The translations under genes and the position numbers were made by a program. A model generated the notes under the pieces. The model was not told the origin of the DNA. It did not search any database and saw only the letters and a list, made by a program, of their open reading frames with translations. A stretch of 63,758 bases of DNA, counting the filler, from Aduncisulcus paluster (Eukaryota): NCBI GenBank assembly GCA_024181965.1. It is 5 parts of 5 records of this genome, joined end to end, with 100 filler letters (N's around TTAATTAATTAA, not from the genome) between each part and the next. Parts side by side here need not be neighbours in the genome. Positions count along the whole stretch, not along the records: positions 30,340 to 48,208 come from BQXS01009970.1; 4 more parts are not named here. The stretch is one strand, 5' to 3'. Below, piece by piece: positions 32,904 through 44,657 of this stretch (the first letter of the stretch is position 1; every line of letters begins with the position of its first letter).

Positions 32904-33779
32904 TTATTCAACTCCCCAACACATCTCAAAACAATGACAAACTCGATTGGCCACGGCGGCTGCGGACAGAGGATATTGACTTATACTTATCCATTCGGTA
33001 ACATAAGAACATGCTTCAACATCTTTTAATGATCCGCTAGCCATGGATCCAATCACAAAAACCACAGGACGATCCTTTTCAGATCGAGAAATAGCAATAT
33101 CTCCCACAGACTTCGAAGGTTTTGAGTATTGTCTATATCTACGTTTTCCCAATTTCTGTAATTTAATAGCTTCATCATCTTCACCTTCTTTTTTCGATTT
33201 GGATTCAATTTTCTCTTCACTCTCCTTGTCTCCATCAGTCTTGCTTTTCAATTTGAGAATATCTTCAGCAATATATGGGAATAAACTCACATAACGCACA
33301 GTCTCATGTCTAGTAAGTCCAATTATTCTTGTCCCAGGAGGGATTTGTTCTTTGATATCATTTTTAATCACTTGGAGAAGAACGGTGGACCCAGCTGCAG
33401 CACGAATATGTCTTTTGTGCAGTAACTGGGTTAAAAGACCGTAGAAACGTTTCTCTGTCCGGGGAATGCGAATGGATGGATCAACTTTAATCAGAACTCC
33501 AGAATATGTGCGAATAAAAACTTGTAACAAGCCAGCTTTGTTAAGGGGAGAGTCCAACAAGGCCTTGACAGTATCAAACAAAATATCAGGACGAACAATA
33601 GATGGATTGGATGTCGCTTTTGAAAGAGTTGAGGGATTCATATCCGCAGTTAACATAACATATTTTCCATTCTTCATCTTTGCCGTTTCTAAAAAGGCTT
33701 GTTCAAGAATGACAATAAGACGCTTATTCATGAACTCTGTCCCCGTAAAATGTGGGGTAATCACTTTCCGAATGTTCAT
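32904..33779 (-). CDS. EMG1: 18S rRNA pseudouridine N1-methyltransferase Nep1/Emg1
   Basis: LIVILEQAFLE, RPDI, LLDSPLNKAGLLQVFIRT, IRIPRT, VFVIGSMASG, ISISQYPLSAA. Confidence 0.96.
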   Translation of the reverse strand: MNIRKVITPHFTGTEFMNKRLIVILEQAFLETAKMKNGKYVMLTADMNPSTLSKATSNPSIVRPDILFDTVKALLDSPLNKAGLLQVFIRTYSGVLIKVDPSIRIPRTEKRFYGLLTQLLHKRHIRAAAGSTVLLQVIKNDIKEQIPPGTRIIGLTRHETVRYVSLFPYIAEDILKLKSKTDGDKESEEKIESKSKKEGEDDEAIKLQKLGKRRYRQYSKPSKSVGDIAISRSEKDRPVVFVIGSMASGSLKDVEACSYVTEWISISQYPLSAAAVANRVCHCFEMCWGVE

Positions 33780-34223
33780 TATCCTCTAGAATTAATGGAA
33801 AGCGGAAATATGAATTCAACATCATTCAAAACAAAAGAGACATATTAATCAAAGGAAAATAGATCGGTTATGCAAAAACAATGAAAAATAGGAATAAACA
33901 TACCTTGGCTTGCGAAAGAGAGTTGATTTTTTTTTTCCGCTGGACGAAATCAAATAAAATGTTCGTTGGGAGGAGGTTCTAAATCTATTTCCAATCACTT
34001 TAAGAATCCAGTATATTGTTTTACTTGAATTTCGATAATTGTAGATAGAAAAAATTATCTCCTTCAATAATCCATAATAACCTATAATATAGAAAGAATT
34101 ATTTAAAAGTAAGTTTGATATTGATGAAATGGTCAATGCTTTTTCCCTTGTCCTTTATTTTGATTCACTTTTTATTTTCACGCGAAATAGCCAAAATTGT
34201 GGTGGTGAGAAGTTATCCAAGGA

Positions 34224-37200
34224 ATGAATTGGTGGATATTTGGTTTTTCTCTGCTTTTACATTTCTTATATACTTATTCATTCGAAATTGACTGCTCTAC
34301 CAATAGTTTTTCATATGGCGTTGATTCAGAAATTTTTCAACAAATTTTTACTTCGGAAAATTATTTATATGCAATATTATCTTTAGAATGTGTCTCATCT
34401 TCTGATTTATTGACACTTTCCCTATACTTTGGACCCGAGTTGTCTTCTATACCTTATCAACTTGGAAATACGTTTTCTATTGATTGTTCCTCAGTTCCAA
34501 ATACGGTTCGAGTTGCATTACCTTCACCTTTGGCAGATTCTGAAACAGCAGATAGCTATTTCAACGATGACGCAAATAGTGACATATTTTTGAAAATTGT
34601 GGGACAATCAGAAAATCTTGATGGATCAACCGCTTCCTTAAATACCTGTGTCATCTATCCCGATCCAATTTTACCTTTAATTGAAGGAGGAACTAGCTTC
34701 CCCTTCAGTGAAGATTCTTCTTCCGAGAATTGGTATTATATTCCACCAATTTGTGAAAAAACAAGTACGATGACTTATAATACCCTTGATATTTCCAATA
34801 GTTGCTTTGGATATGGTTATTTGGAAATCGATCTTGATAGTACTTCCACCGAACAATCTTGTAGTTCTGACATTATTTTTAGCGTTGAAGATCCATTAAA
34901 TCCCCTTCCAATATTCCAAAATTCCGACTATAGTCATATTTATGTCCCCACCGAACGGTTTTCCTTCCATTCCACTTTCATGTCGAAGATTTCCTCTCCT
35001 GACATGCCTCCATCTATTTTTAGCCTCAGTGATACCGATTGCATTGAACAAGGTGGTGGATATTCCCAATCTGGTGGCTCCTTATCATATAGTTCCTGTG
35101 GCCTGAATCGTATTATTTTTTCCTTAGTGTCATCCCCTTCTTCTTCAACAGCCTCATTCGCACAGCCTGCTTTCGTTCGTTCGACCTCGATTCCCCGTTC
35201 CTCCTCTTCCATCATTCAACCAAACTCCTCTGTGTCGCTTGATATTTCAGGTATTAATTCAGTCACCTTGGATTCCATTTCGATTGATTCCAACTTCCTG
35301 CATGCCCCACTTGAATCATACAACCCTTTATCCAGCGATGGTGTATACTCGAGCAAAGGTAGCACGTTTGGAGGAGTCTCCAAGGTAGTTTCTCTCGAGA
35401 ATGCTTCGAGTTGGATCGAACAAGTTGAACTCAGTGTCAAAGCAGTATATAATATATCCGAAGGAAGCACTGACACCGATCTACCAGTGTCGTGCCAAAT
35501 ATATCAGGACAGTTCTATTTCTGGATACGATTCGGTATTGTCCAACCCTTTCTGTGCCATGGGGTATAATACAGGGTTAAATGGTGAGTATGGAGACTAT
35601 TTCATGGCGAAAAAGGATAAGATTCCTCTAAAACGATGCAATAATTCCACGGTTGCTCCATATTCGGATTCTATATTTAGTTATAATTCTGACACTGGAT
35701 TGGAGCTATGTATGTTCAGTTCCTCATCTAATGACACCGATCTTCAAAATACATCTGTATTTATTAACGGAATCGGTCCAAAGACAAATATTTTCCTCGA
35801 ATGTAAACCCATCTTTGATATGTCTGATTCCTCAGATTCGTTGTTCTCCTTGACTGTTTCGGTCGAATCCGTCACAGCCTTCAATTCTATTCCTACTCTG
35901 AGTTCAGAGACATCAACCTCTTTCTCATCCTCTATTTATGGGTATGCTATAGTTGGAAGTGATTCTTCGGAATCGATGACAGATAGAGTTTCCGTTGACA
36001 TCGAGATTGGAAATCTCACAAACGAGCCTTCCGATACCGTTCTTCTTCTTGGTTCTTCGCTTTCTACTTCCACTGGGGAGAACTTGGGTATTATTCCACT
36101 CTCAATGCCTGATTCCCATCATTTCTCAGCACCTGGAATAGTTTCTGTTGATCCGAACAATTCTAATAGATTTGCTGTGAAGTTCTCTGACATTTTTCCT
36201 GCTCATAGTTTCCCCACTTTGATCAGATTCATCAATTTCTCAACATCTGACCTTCAACAAGCTACTATCTCTCTTTCTGAGCATGATATATCAGAATATT
36301 CAACATTATCGGACAGTTCTATTTATATATCCTCTGAGAATGAGAGTTTATCCAATATTGTATACACTTGGAACTCCGATACATCCGAATATGATTCCTC
36401 TTCCTCTTTCCCGGCGTTTATTTCTGTTCCATCCAAATGCTCCTCGAAGTATAGATGTTCCTTTGAGTTATATGCAACTGTTTCATATCGTGTACATCCC
36501 AATTCCTCATCTACTATTGATTCAGCTTATATCCCACCTTCATACCTCTCTTTCTCTCCTTCTGTGCATATATCCTCCCTCTCTTCCTCTCCGTCGCATC
36601 TGTACAACGACGGGGAACATGTTCCAACCTCATGTTCGTTTGGGATTCCTTCCATAATCAATTCAAATGCCGTATATCCCCAAATCATGAATTCTACCTC
36701 AACCCGCTCTGCAACTCCCCTCATTACAATGATGGCTAATTCCCCATGTTTTCCCACTTCTTCCGACGAGTTTGTATTGAATGTCTTCGAGCATCCTGCC
36801 ATACTTGCTCTGAAACGAGATGAACTCGAATATGGCATTCAAAATATTGATCGGATTATTTCATTGACGTATAGGTTTATGTCGCCAAATGATGAGTGTT
36901 CTAATAATGATGGAGAGTACGAGGGATCTTGGTGTGATTGTAAGAGATGGAAGCCAAATCTTACGAATAATCTTTATACCTTAAGAACTGGACGAATGTG
37001 CGATGGAGCAACAATTCAAAGGACCGATGGTACCGTTGGCATTGTTCCCCTTATTGATTACGAAGGATCTTCATGGAGTGCTTACTCTGTGTTGATGCCA
37101 AGATATAGCCAGAAGTTGTATATTCCTTTTGCTAGCACAACCAACGATTCAAATAGTTTGGTGTGTATTGCTGTACAAACACAATCGGGATCAGTAATGT

Positions 37201-37787
37201 TCCACGGGGTGGCCAACTCATTCGATGAAGATACCGATTATATGCAATCGACAGATTTTTACGCCGATCTATATTTATCTTCTTTCTCATCCTCGATTCA
37301 CCCTTATATTCTTCCCCACTCTATAGTTGTTCCCCTGTGTGGAAAAGCAACAAATGGAAATGCTATCTGGTTTGTATTTTCAGGGTCTGACCCAGAATTG
37401 AGTTCAATCACGATTTCTACTCTCGAATCTTCACATCTCTCTCGCTCCTCTTTGCCCAGAGCTTTTAAGTCATTTTTTATGGATACAGACGATACTATCA
37501 TTCTTTTTATTGGAGTTTCTCTCTTTAGCATTAGCGTTGGTTTCATTATTATATGTAGATTCGGAAATAAGCAAGTCGAATGGGAACGCGAGCAAGCTAC
37601 TCCGGCATTCATCTACAAAATTGATAATCCAAAGATTAAGAAAAAGAAGAAGAAGGAATTAGAAAAGAAACGCAAACAAATGGAGAAGAATGGAAGAGAA
37701 AGGAGGAAAATGAGAAGTCCAGCTTCTTTGCCAAGAATGTTCGATAGAACCGTGCCTTTACCTGCTCTGAATGATCAATTATCTTGA
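34224..37787 (+). CDS. Ser-rich single-pass (type I) membrane/surface protein
   Basis: N-terminal signal peptide, EGF-like Cys cluster (CSNNDG..CDC..GRMC), TM segment IILFIGVSLFSISVGFIIIC, basic cytosolic tail. Confidence 0.85.
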   Translation: MNWWIFGFSLLLHFLYTYSFEIDCSTNSFSYGVDSEIFQQIFTSENYLYAILSLECVSSSDLLTLSLYFGPELSSIPYQLGNTFSIDCSSVPNTVRVALPSPLADSETADSYFNDDANSDIFLKIVGQSENLDGSTASLNTCVIYPDPILPLIEGGTSFPFSEDSSSENWYYIPPICEKTSTMTYNTLDISNSCFGYGYLEIDLDSTSTEQSCSSDIIFSVEDPLNPLPIFQNSDYSHIYVPTERFSFHSTFMSKISSPDMPPSIFSLSDTDCIEQGGGYSQSGGSLSYSSCGLNRIIFSLVSSPSSSTASFAQPAFVRSTSIPRSSSSIIQPNSSVSLDISGINSVTLDSISIDSNFLHAPLESYNPLSSDGVYSSKGSTFGGVSKVVSLENASSWIEQVELSVKAVYNISEGSTDTDLPVSCQIYQDSSISGYDSVLSNPFCAMGYNTGLNGEYGDYFMAKKDKIPLKRCNNSTVAPYSDSIFSYNSDTGLELCMFSSSSNDTDLQNTSVFINGIGPKTNIFLECKPIFDMSDSSDSLFSLTVSVESVTAFNSIPTLSSETSTSFSSSIYGYAIVGSDSSESMTDRVSVDIEIGNLTNEPSDTVLLLGSSLSTSTGENLGIIPLSMPDSHHFSAPGIVSVDPNNSNRFAVKFSDIFPAHSFPTLIRFINFSTSDLQQATISLSEHDISEYSTLSDSSIYISSENESLSNIVYTWNSDTSEYDSSSSFPAFISVPSKCSSKYRCSFELYATVSYRVHPNSSSTIDSAYIPPSYLSFSPSVHISSLSSSPSHLYNDGEHVPTSCSFGIPSIINSNAVYPQIMNSTSTRSATPLITMMANSPCFPTSSDEFVLNVFEHPAILALKRDELEYGIQNIDRIISLTYRFMSPNDECSNNDGEYEGSWCDCKRWKPNLTNNLYTLRTGRMCDGATIQRTDGTVGIVPLIDYEGSSWSAYSVLMPRYSQKLYIPFASTTNDSNSLVCIAVQTQSGSVMFHGVANSFDEDTDYMQSTDFYADLYLSSFSSSIHPYILPHSIVVPLCGKATNGNAIWFVFSGSDPELSSITISTLESSHLSRSSLPRAFKSFFMDTDDTIILFIGVSLFSISVGFIIICRFGNKQVEWEREQATPAFIYKIDNPKIKKKKKKELEKKRKQMEKNGRERRKMRSPASLPRMFDRTVPLPALNDQLS

Positions 37788-38324
37788 TGATATTGGATAT
37801 TAAAGCTAAGATTAATTATCATTTTAAAATAAATCACATAGGTCTCCGACGGAGTAAATCTAAAACGTTTTAGATGTACGTGTGTAAACGAAATGCAAAT
37901 ATATCAAACATTCTTGCATTTCAAAAACGGTTGGGAGATGCCCAATTTCAAAATGCAAAAAACATGCCAGGACAAATTGCATTTCAAATGTTACAATAAA
38001 TGAATCGCATATTACAAAATTCCACATATATATTCACTGATTTCTATATTAAATGAAGAAACTTAGATGGTTAAATCTGTCATGAAAAGTTTCGTACATT
38101 TGAAAAATGGAAATATGATGTTCCTAATTATTTAAATAACAGACATTTGATCAAATCCACTGATGGGCGTCAGTATCATAGTTTTATTTCTTTATAATAT
38201 TATTACTAAAGATACGGTAACATTTATAACATAAGGAGTGTATAATTTATGAAATGAATATCCGTTATGAATACTAGGATAAGAATAACCATTTTTGTCA
38301 TTATATCAGATATTGCAATTTATT

Positions 38325-39257
38325 ATGAATGAGTCTATGAACACAGAAGACGATATTGAAGAATATTCTAGCTCCATTTCCTCACCCCTTGAAGCCTTTG
38401 AAACTAGTCGTTTTTCAGTCATCGAGAAGAAGCTGGATGTTCTTTTAAAAGCTCTAAATAAGATCCAAACGCGAATAATTCATGTCGAAGAACGGCAAAA
38501 AAAGGAGATATTACCTTCTTTAAAGTCATCTTTGACTCTTCAAGAAGAGCTTGCTCCTTTCATTGATATTGAGAGATTTTTACCATCAATGGTGAAAACC
38601 ATGACAACTAAGATAACTGAATATGAAGAAATTTTTAATGATGTTGTCACTATTTCCTCGTTACAAATTTTGTCTCTTCAGCGTAAAGAGGAAACATTGG
38701 CTAAGAAAGATCGTACTGACACAACAAGCCAACGAAAGAGTATTATAGAATCATTATTAAAAGATAAACATAGTCAGTTGTTTCTCAAATTGGCCAAAAA
38801 GGAACAGGCCATATTGATTTCCCGCCTATTGACCCGAGCGAGAAGTCGCTTATGTGCATTAAAGAGGGATAATAGCGAAAAAACCATCCTGAAAAACCTT
38901 TATTCAAAAGAATTATGGTGGACAGTTGAATTAGATATGTGGGCTCTTGAGGGAACCTCCAGGCGACGAATCAAGTCTCGAACCCACCCTGATAGTCAAC
39001 CATTGACAAAATCACCAACATTTTCAGAGGTTATTCAACAAGTAGAAGATGGTTTAAAGATTCCGACTGTTCCAGATGACACGTTTTCTTTCGATGGAAT
39101 TCTTGTTCCAGATCCACCTTCCAAGCACAAAAGGAGAGCAACTCATCGTATTCGTAAACAAGGACGCAGTTCTTCTAGTCGACACTCTCAACCCAGGCAG
39201 ATCTCTCCAGGTTCACATGACGGATCCGGTAGTGAGCCCGACGAAGAAGACCAATAA
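38325..39257 (+). CDS. Hypothetical coiled-coil protein inside the TIR element
   Basis: Intact ~310-aa frame from ATG at 38325. Confidence 0.6.
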   Translation: MNESMNTEDDIEEYSSSISSPLEAFETSRFSVIEKKLDVLLKALNKIQTRIIHVEERQKKEILPSLKSSLTLQEELAPFIDIERFLPSMVKTMTTKITEYEEIFNDVVTISSLQILSLQRKEETLAKKDRTDTTSQRKSIIESLLKDKHSQLFLKLAKKEQAILISRLLTRARSRLCALKRDNSEKTILKNLYSKELWWTVELDMWALEGTSRRRIKSRTHPDSQPLTKSPTFSEVIQQVEDGLKIPTVPDDTFSFDGILVPDPPSKHKRRATHRIRKQGRSSSSRHSQPRQISPGSHDGSGSEPDEEDQ

Positions 39258-39537
39258 CTTTGGTGCGAGCAAGAGTCTTCCTTTACCAATTGCCCACATG
39301 GATCCATTTTCATTCGCAGGTATCCCAACCATATCTAAAAAACGGGTCAAGAAACGTCTAAAACGAAGGTCAACAGCACGAAAGGAATAAGTTCAAGTTC
39401 TATGCTGATCTCGTATTGATTCTTTGTTTTTTGTTTATCACCTAACAAGAAAATCATGTCTATTGCCTGATCTTAATCAGTGATTACCTTTATAACTCAT
39501 ATTTCTATTTGAAGCTTCTCTTATTCTATTGGAGACA

Positions 39538-39817
39538 AGATTGATAGCGTCATTAAAGCCTCACTTCTACTGCTGAAGGTCAATCTTGCTTTTCAATGGT
39601 TAAAAGTAGCTTTGATATAGATATCTTTGGGCCAATAAAGGTGGTTGTTCTGATTTATTTCATAGCTTGTATTTTTTTTTGTTTCTCCTCCTCGTTTTCT
39701 GTTGAAGTATCCTGAGCTATTGGCTTTATTACCCATGATTCTGTTTGGTTCTTCTTTTGATTATCAGCGATGGTAGATTGATAGCGTCATTAAAGCCTCA
39801 CTTCTACTGCTGAAGGT
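39538..39817. repeat. Direct repeat: exact 43-bp core at 39538-39580 and 39775-39817, with diverged extension
   Basis: AGATTGATAGCGTCATTAAAGCCTCACTTCTACTGCTGAAGGT occurs twice. Confidence 0.9.
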
Positions 39818-40311
39818 TAGTCTTCCTCGCAAATAATCAAGAGTGGCTCTGAATTTGATATCTATGGTTAATAATGGTTGTTGTTTTGTTTACTTTAACA
39901 GATATACTCGTTTTATCTCGACATTTATAACTGTTTTAAAAAAATTTACTTATTTTTTTGTTGTATAAATTGTTCTATTTCGTTAACGAACCCGGTCACA
40001 ATCATATTGGTCTTAATATTGTTTATTGAGTAGTTTTCTGTTTTTATCTTTAAATTTTTTAATTTATTTTGATCACATAAGACACAGAAGTGAGATTGAG
40101 ATGATGTATATTCTGGCCTGGCATCCACAAATGTACATTGTCTTGATTTCAGGTTGCCAGCCTGACTTGTTGCTTTTGCTTTCTTGATTCACATTTTACA
40201 TCCGTTTTATTTTATTTTTGTATTTATTTGTGTCTCATTTCTATATTAATTTCTTTATTGGGATTTTTTTTATTATTATTTTCTTTTTTTCCTTTTGTTT
40301 CTGATTTATTG

Positions 40312-41729
40312 TCAATTGTCATTGTTCTCATCTTTTATTATGTTTTCTTGTTCTTGTTTCGTTGATTTCATATTAAGCAAGCTCTTTGCTGTAGCGCTTG
40401 GCAACGTTGTGAGCTTATCATCCTTCGGGATGTGAATGATGCCTTCTGTATCACTGTAATTCCTGGGATCCTGATCTCCAGCATATCGCAGCACTTTCTA
40501 AAAGTGACCGGGTATGGTTTGTAAGTTGGTTGATCTTTCAGTTAGATATCTGCAGATATCGGAGTTTTTGTTATGCTTGAGCCGATTGTTCTATGAAATG
40601 AAACATGGATTTGATGACATGATATTGGTGGTCATGGTGCTGGGTAGTCTTTTGGATGACTGCAGTGAGTAATATTCACAGGCAGCACTAGGACCAAGAT
40701 TGTTGACATCATACAATAGTTTATTTTGGTTATAATAATTTGTATTTTCCTTTTTTTTTTTTCTTTCTTATCTTCTTTCATGAATTCGATAGGTATTGTT
40801 GATATCCTCAGGAAATGACCTTAAGCATTGACATTAATCACATGATTAACTAATTTGATGAAGAAGAGAAAAAGAATGAGACCATGAGTTGTTTCAACAA
40901 TTCTGGAAGTTTCAGAGATAATCAGGTGGGCTTAGTCTCATTGTAATCAGAAGGGTGCAATTGGGATTCCAACATATGCCGTGTATATGTTCCCGATAAC
41001 CCTGTCCTAATAGCACATCATACATGTGTGGACCTTGCTGATTAGAGGACGTCGGTGTCCAAATCCTTTTATTTTCTGCTCTTATTCTTTTTCTATTTTT
41101 CGTTTTATTTCTTTATTATTGATTGTTGTTGATGCTTCATTTCTTTTTCCTGTAATATCCGCTTTTGCTTTATTGATTCAAGAGATTCTAGTGTTTTATT
41201 ATTGATTCTTGTTAACGTTTCACTTAACACAGCCTTTGATTTGTTTACTTCACTTTTTTTCCTTCTCCTGCTCGTCATAGATACCTTTTCCATGCACACC
41301 AATTCCTGCAACAGCTTGTCTTTTTCGAACATGTATTCTGGCCATAGCATGGTCAAGGCGCATACGTTTTATTTCATCCTTAGCATCGGATTTGGACTCG
41401 CTATACTCGCTATACTCGGAACCTTCATCATATTCATCCTCCTTTTGCTTTATCGCTCTGACACCGACATATTGCCTCTCATGACACATACATATCATAA
41501 ATTTTCTTAAATGAGGCTTTTTAGTAACCTCATGGTGTAGAGCGTGCCAGTATTGTTGGGTATAAATCTTCATATGATCGGGTCGTTTCCATGGTAGCTT
41601 TGAGAGCGTATCACGTTGAATGAGTGCGCAGTATGTTATTTCATTCACCGGATCTACTAAAATTGGACTTATATGACGATAATCGGGGTCGATTCTGTAT
41701 ATTTTCTCAAAATATTTTTTCCTTGTCAT
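40312..41729 (-). pseudogene. Decayed transposase (THAP-like N-terminus, P-like catalytic remnant)
   Basis: YC..LSKLP..YW..KP..FMICMCH resembles THAP C2CH. RYLTERSTNLQTIPGHF*KVLRYAGDQDP (~40470-40560) loosely resembles the P-transposase YLLT..NQDxLENFFSxxR..GG..NP motif. Many stops and frameshifts. Confidence 0.45.
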
Positions 41730-42251
41730 TCTTTGGTTAAATTTGGTAATACAGGTATATATCAGTAAAAAGGTAAAAAAATAATGATAATTTTCAAGAT
41801 ATATTGGCTATAAGCTTAGCAATAGCAAGGGAAAATAACATGAATCTAAAGCGTTTCCCATTATTGAATCTTGAGTAAGTTTAACACGATTTATTTGTAC
41901 TCCATCGCGCTTCAGCTGTGTTTTTTAACGTTTTGAAATCGTTAAAAAAATGCTGTATCTTGTGCTATTTTTATATCATTTTCACGGGTTGTCGGAGACC
42001 TATGCATAATATGGTGAATTTCAAAATTAAAGGGGGAATTTTAATATATTTTCAATAGATTCAACAAAAAATGATGCTGATTTGCAAGCGAAAATTTGAT
42101 TAATGGTTGTTATGAAGATGATTTTTATCAATTTTCAATTTTTTTTTAAAAATTTCGAATTTGACCAACAAAAGCTATCCATAAAAGTCAACCTTGAGCA
42201 TATTGTTACTATAATTAAAGAATAATATCAAAAACTTCAATAACATAAATA

Positions 42252-42932
42252 ATGAGTCATACAATGAGAGAAATAGCTGATTCTCTCTCTACAACTCCTG
42301 GAGAGCACGGAATCATGTCTGATCTTCATAAATTATCCACCATATCTGACGTATCTGCAAGTACATTTCAACAAGCCATGGGAATATCATCAAATATAAC
42401 AAAAGGTCCAGCTTCGAAAAGTACAAGCGTTCTCAATTCTGCGCGTGAAGAAGAGCCCCCAGATTTGTTATCTTCCAGACCCCGTGCCTCATCTACCTTG
42501 CATCTTGGTGAGCTCGAACCGAAACAAACGACAAGTATTACAGACACTATGCGATCTGAATTGCAGACCACAAAGGATTCATTGGATCGTCTTTCACAAC
42601 TGAAAGGCATTAGAGGACTAAAAACGAGTTATGCACCAGCTACTTTCATTGAACAATCAGCAGTGTCCCATTCTGATTCTTCACCAGCCATGGGTGAGAG
42701 GGCGTCATCTTTTCAAATGCTCTCTTCCTTGGAAATGAAGCAATCTTCAAGCATGCGAAGCTCAATATTAAAGAGGAAAATGAGTGAAACAAAGAAGATG
42801 ATGGTTGAAGAAGCCAATTTGGCTTTCAACAAATCATATAGAAAGATTAAAAGACAAATTGATTCAATATTAGCTTGGAAAGATCCAGAACTTGAAAATA
42901 TACAAAACGAAATAGAAAAAGCTTTAAAATAA
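42252..42932 (+). CDS. Hypothetical Ser-rich protein
   Basis: 226-aa ATG ORF. Confidence 0.65.
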   Translation: MSHTMREIADSLSTTPGEHGIMSDLHKLSTISDVSASTFQQAMGISSNITKGPASKSTSVLNSAREEEPPDLLSSRPRASSTLHLGELEPKQTTSITDTMRSELQTTKDSLDRLSQLKGIRGLKTSYAPATFIEQSAVSHSDSSPAMGERASSFQMLSSLEMKQSSSMRSSILKRKMSETKKMMVEEANLAFNKSYRKIKRQIDSILAWKDPELENIQNEIEKALK

Positions 42933-43032
42933 AAACGTTTATTCTTTATTGATCAAGATTTCTGAAAGATGTGTGACTATAAACTCAATTTAGCTTTAAA
43001 ATTTTTAAATTAAATTAAAATTAAAAATTAAA

Positions 43033-43513
43033 TTAGTATCTTCTGTCTCTAAACCCTCCACCTCTTGGAGCTCCTCTTCCACGGCTTGAACCCTTAAAGT
43101 CACCTCCTCTCTTATCGCCATAACCACCAGAGCTTCTTCTGTCTCCAAAGCTACCTCTTCTATCGCCTCCACGACCACCAAAACCACCACCACGAGGACC
43201 ACCTCTTGAAGGACCCCCAAAGCTTCGTTTTCCACCTTTAGCTCCAGGCCTGGCTTTTGGAACACCTCCATTTCTTCCATCAGTAGCTTGTGTAATTCTG
43301 GTTATGGGAATTAATCTATCTTCTCTTACAGTGACTATATCTCCTTTACGGAAGCTTGATGCTTTAAATCCTGGCTTTAACTTAACAATAAAGAACTGAT
43401 ATTAAAGTATTTTGAGAAAGAAGAAAATAAATAAATTATGTCCAACAAAACAAGTTAAATCGAAAAAACTATACGAAAAAATTACATACATTTGAATCTA
43501 TTCTTCCGAGAAT
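43033..43513 (-). other. Second, partial copy of GAR1 with an RGG tail 138 bp shorter (allele or collapsed repeat at a gap)
   Basis: Near-identical to 43656-44273 except an in-frame 138-bp deletion and a 1-nt intron indel. Confidence 0.8.
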
Positions 43514-43655
43514 NNNNNNNNNNNNNNNNNNNNAATAGAAAAAGCTTTAAAATAAAAACGTTTATTCTTTATTGATCAAGATTTCTGAAAGATGTGTGAC
43601 TATAAACTCAATTTAGCTTTAAAATTTTTAAATTAAATTAAAATTAAAAATTAAA

Positions 43656-44403
43656 TTAGTATCTTCTGTCTCTAAACCCTCCACCTCTTGGAGCTCCTCT
43701 TCCACGGCTTGAACCCTTAAAGTCACCTCCTCTCTTATCGCCATAACCACCAGAGCTTCTTCTGTCTCCAAAGCTACCTCTTCTATCGCCTCCACGACCA
43801 CCAAAACCACCACCACGAGGACCACCTCTTGAAGGACCCCCAAAGCTTCGCCTCTCTCCACCAAATCCTCCCCTCTTGTCGCCGAATCCACCAGAACTTC
43901 TTCTATCTCCAAAGCTACCTCTTCTGTCACCTCCACGACCACCAAAACCACCACCACGAGGACCACCTCTTGAAGGACCACCTCTTGGTTTTCCACCTTT
44001 AGCTCCAGGCCTGGCTTTTGGAACACCTCCATTTCTTCCATCAGTAGCTTGTGTAATTCTGGTTATGGGAATTAATCTATCTTCTCTTACAGTGACTATA
44101 TCTCCTTTACGGAAGCTTGATGCTTTAAATCCTGGCTTTAACTTAACAATAAAGAACTGATATTAAAGTATTTTGAGAAAGAAGAAAATAAATAAATTAT
44201 GTCCAACAAAACAAGTTAAATCGAAAAAACTATACGAAAAAATTACATACATTTGAATCTATTCTTCCGAGAATCTCGGATACTTCTCCGATCTCTCTTC
44301 CTTTAACGGAAACATAGGATCTCTCGGTTGGAAGCATTTTAGGAGTGAGGTTTTTAAACAACAGATCACCTTCAACGCTATGTACAAATTCACCGATATC
44401 CAT
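43656..44403 (-). CDS. GAR1: H/ACA snoRNP subunit Gar1; exons 44403-44251 and 44156-43656
   Basis: Spliced translation [59 protein letters not shown] followed by an RGG-rich tail ending GGFRDRRY*. Exon lengths of 153 and 501 nt preserve frame. Confidence 0.92.
44157..44250 (-). other. 94-nt spliceosomal GT-AG intron in GAR1
   Basis: 5' GTATGT and 3' TACTTTAATATCAG; removal restores a continuous Gar1 core. Confidence 0.88.
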
Positions 44404-44657
44404 TTCAATCCAACTGCTCGATTACGAAATATCTTAGGAAATAGAACCTATTTATTCTCATATTCGTACAATTTCACATAATAAAAAAGTTATTTAATCA
44501 TATCAATTTTTTCTTGCCGAGTTTTATGCCTTAATCACTTGTCTAGACTGATTAAATTATCAAAATTATCCTTTTCCTCTTTTCGATACTTTCCCCCTTT
44601 TAATTGTCTTTTTAAATTATTGAATAACGTATAAAATATATCATAGAATAGTTAATA

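Larger units (their letters stand above)
37837..42004. mobile_element. Degenerate TIR DNA transposon, probably P-element superfamily, with a cargo ORF
   Basis: Perfect 14-bp inverted repeats CATAGGTCTCCGAC (37837-37850) and GTCGGAGACCTATG (41991-42004), with internal broken minus-strand frames containing a THAP-like motif. No TSD seen. Confidence 0.6.

Noticed and set aside
43005-44041. Val/Glu-rich ORFs [11 protein letters not shown]...
   Set aside because: Alternative-frame readings of the Gar1 RGG tail
32904-44403. Nep1 and Gar1 on one scaffold as a functional rRNA-modification cluster
   Set aside because: About 10 kb apart with unrelated genes between; coincidence is sufficient
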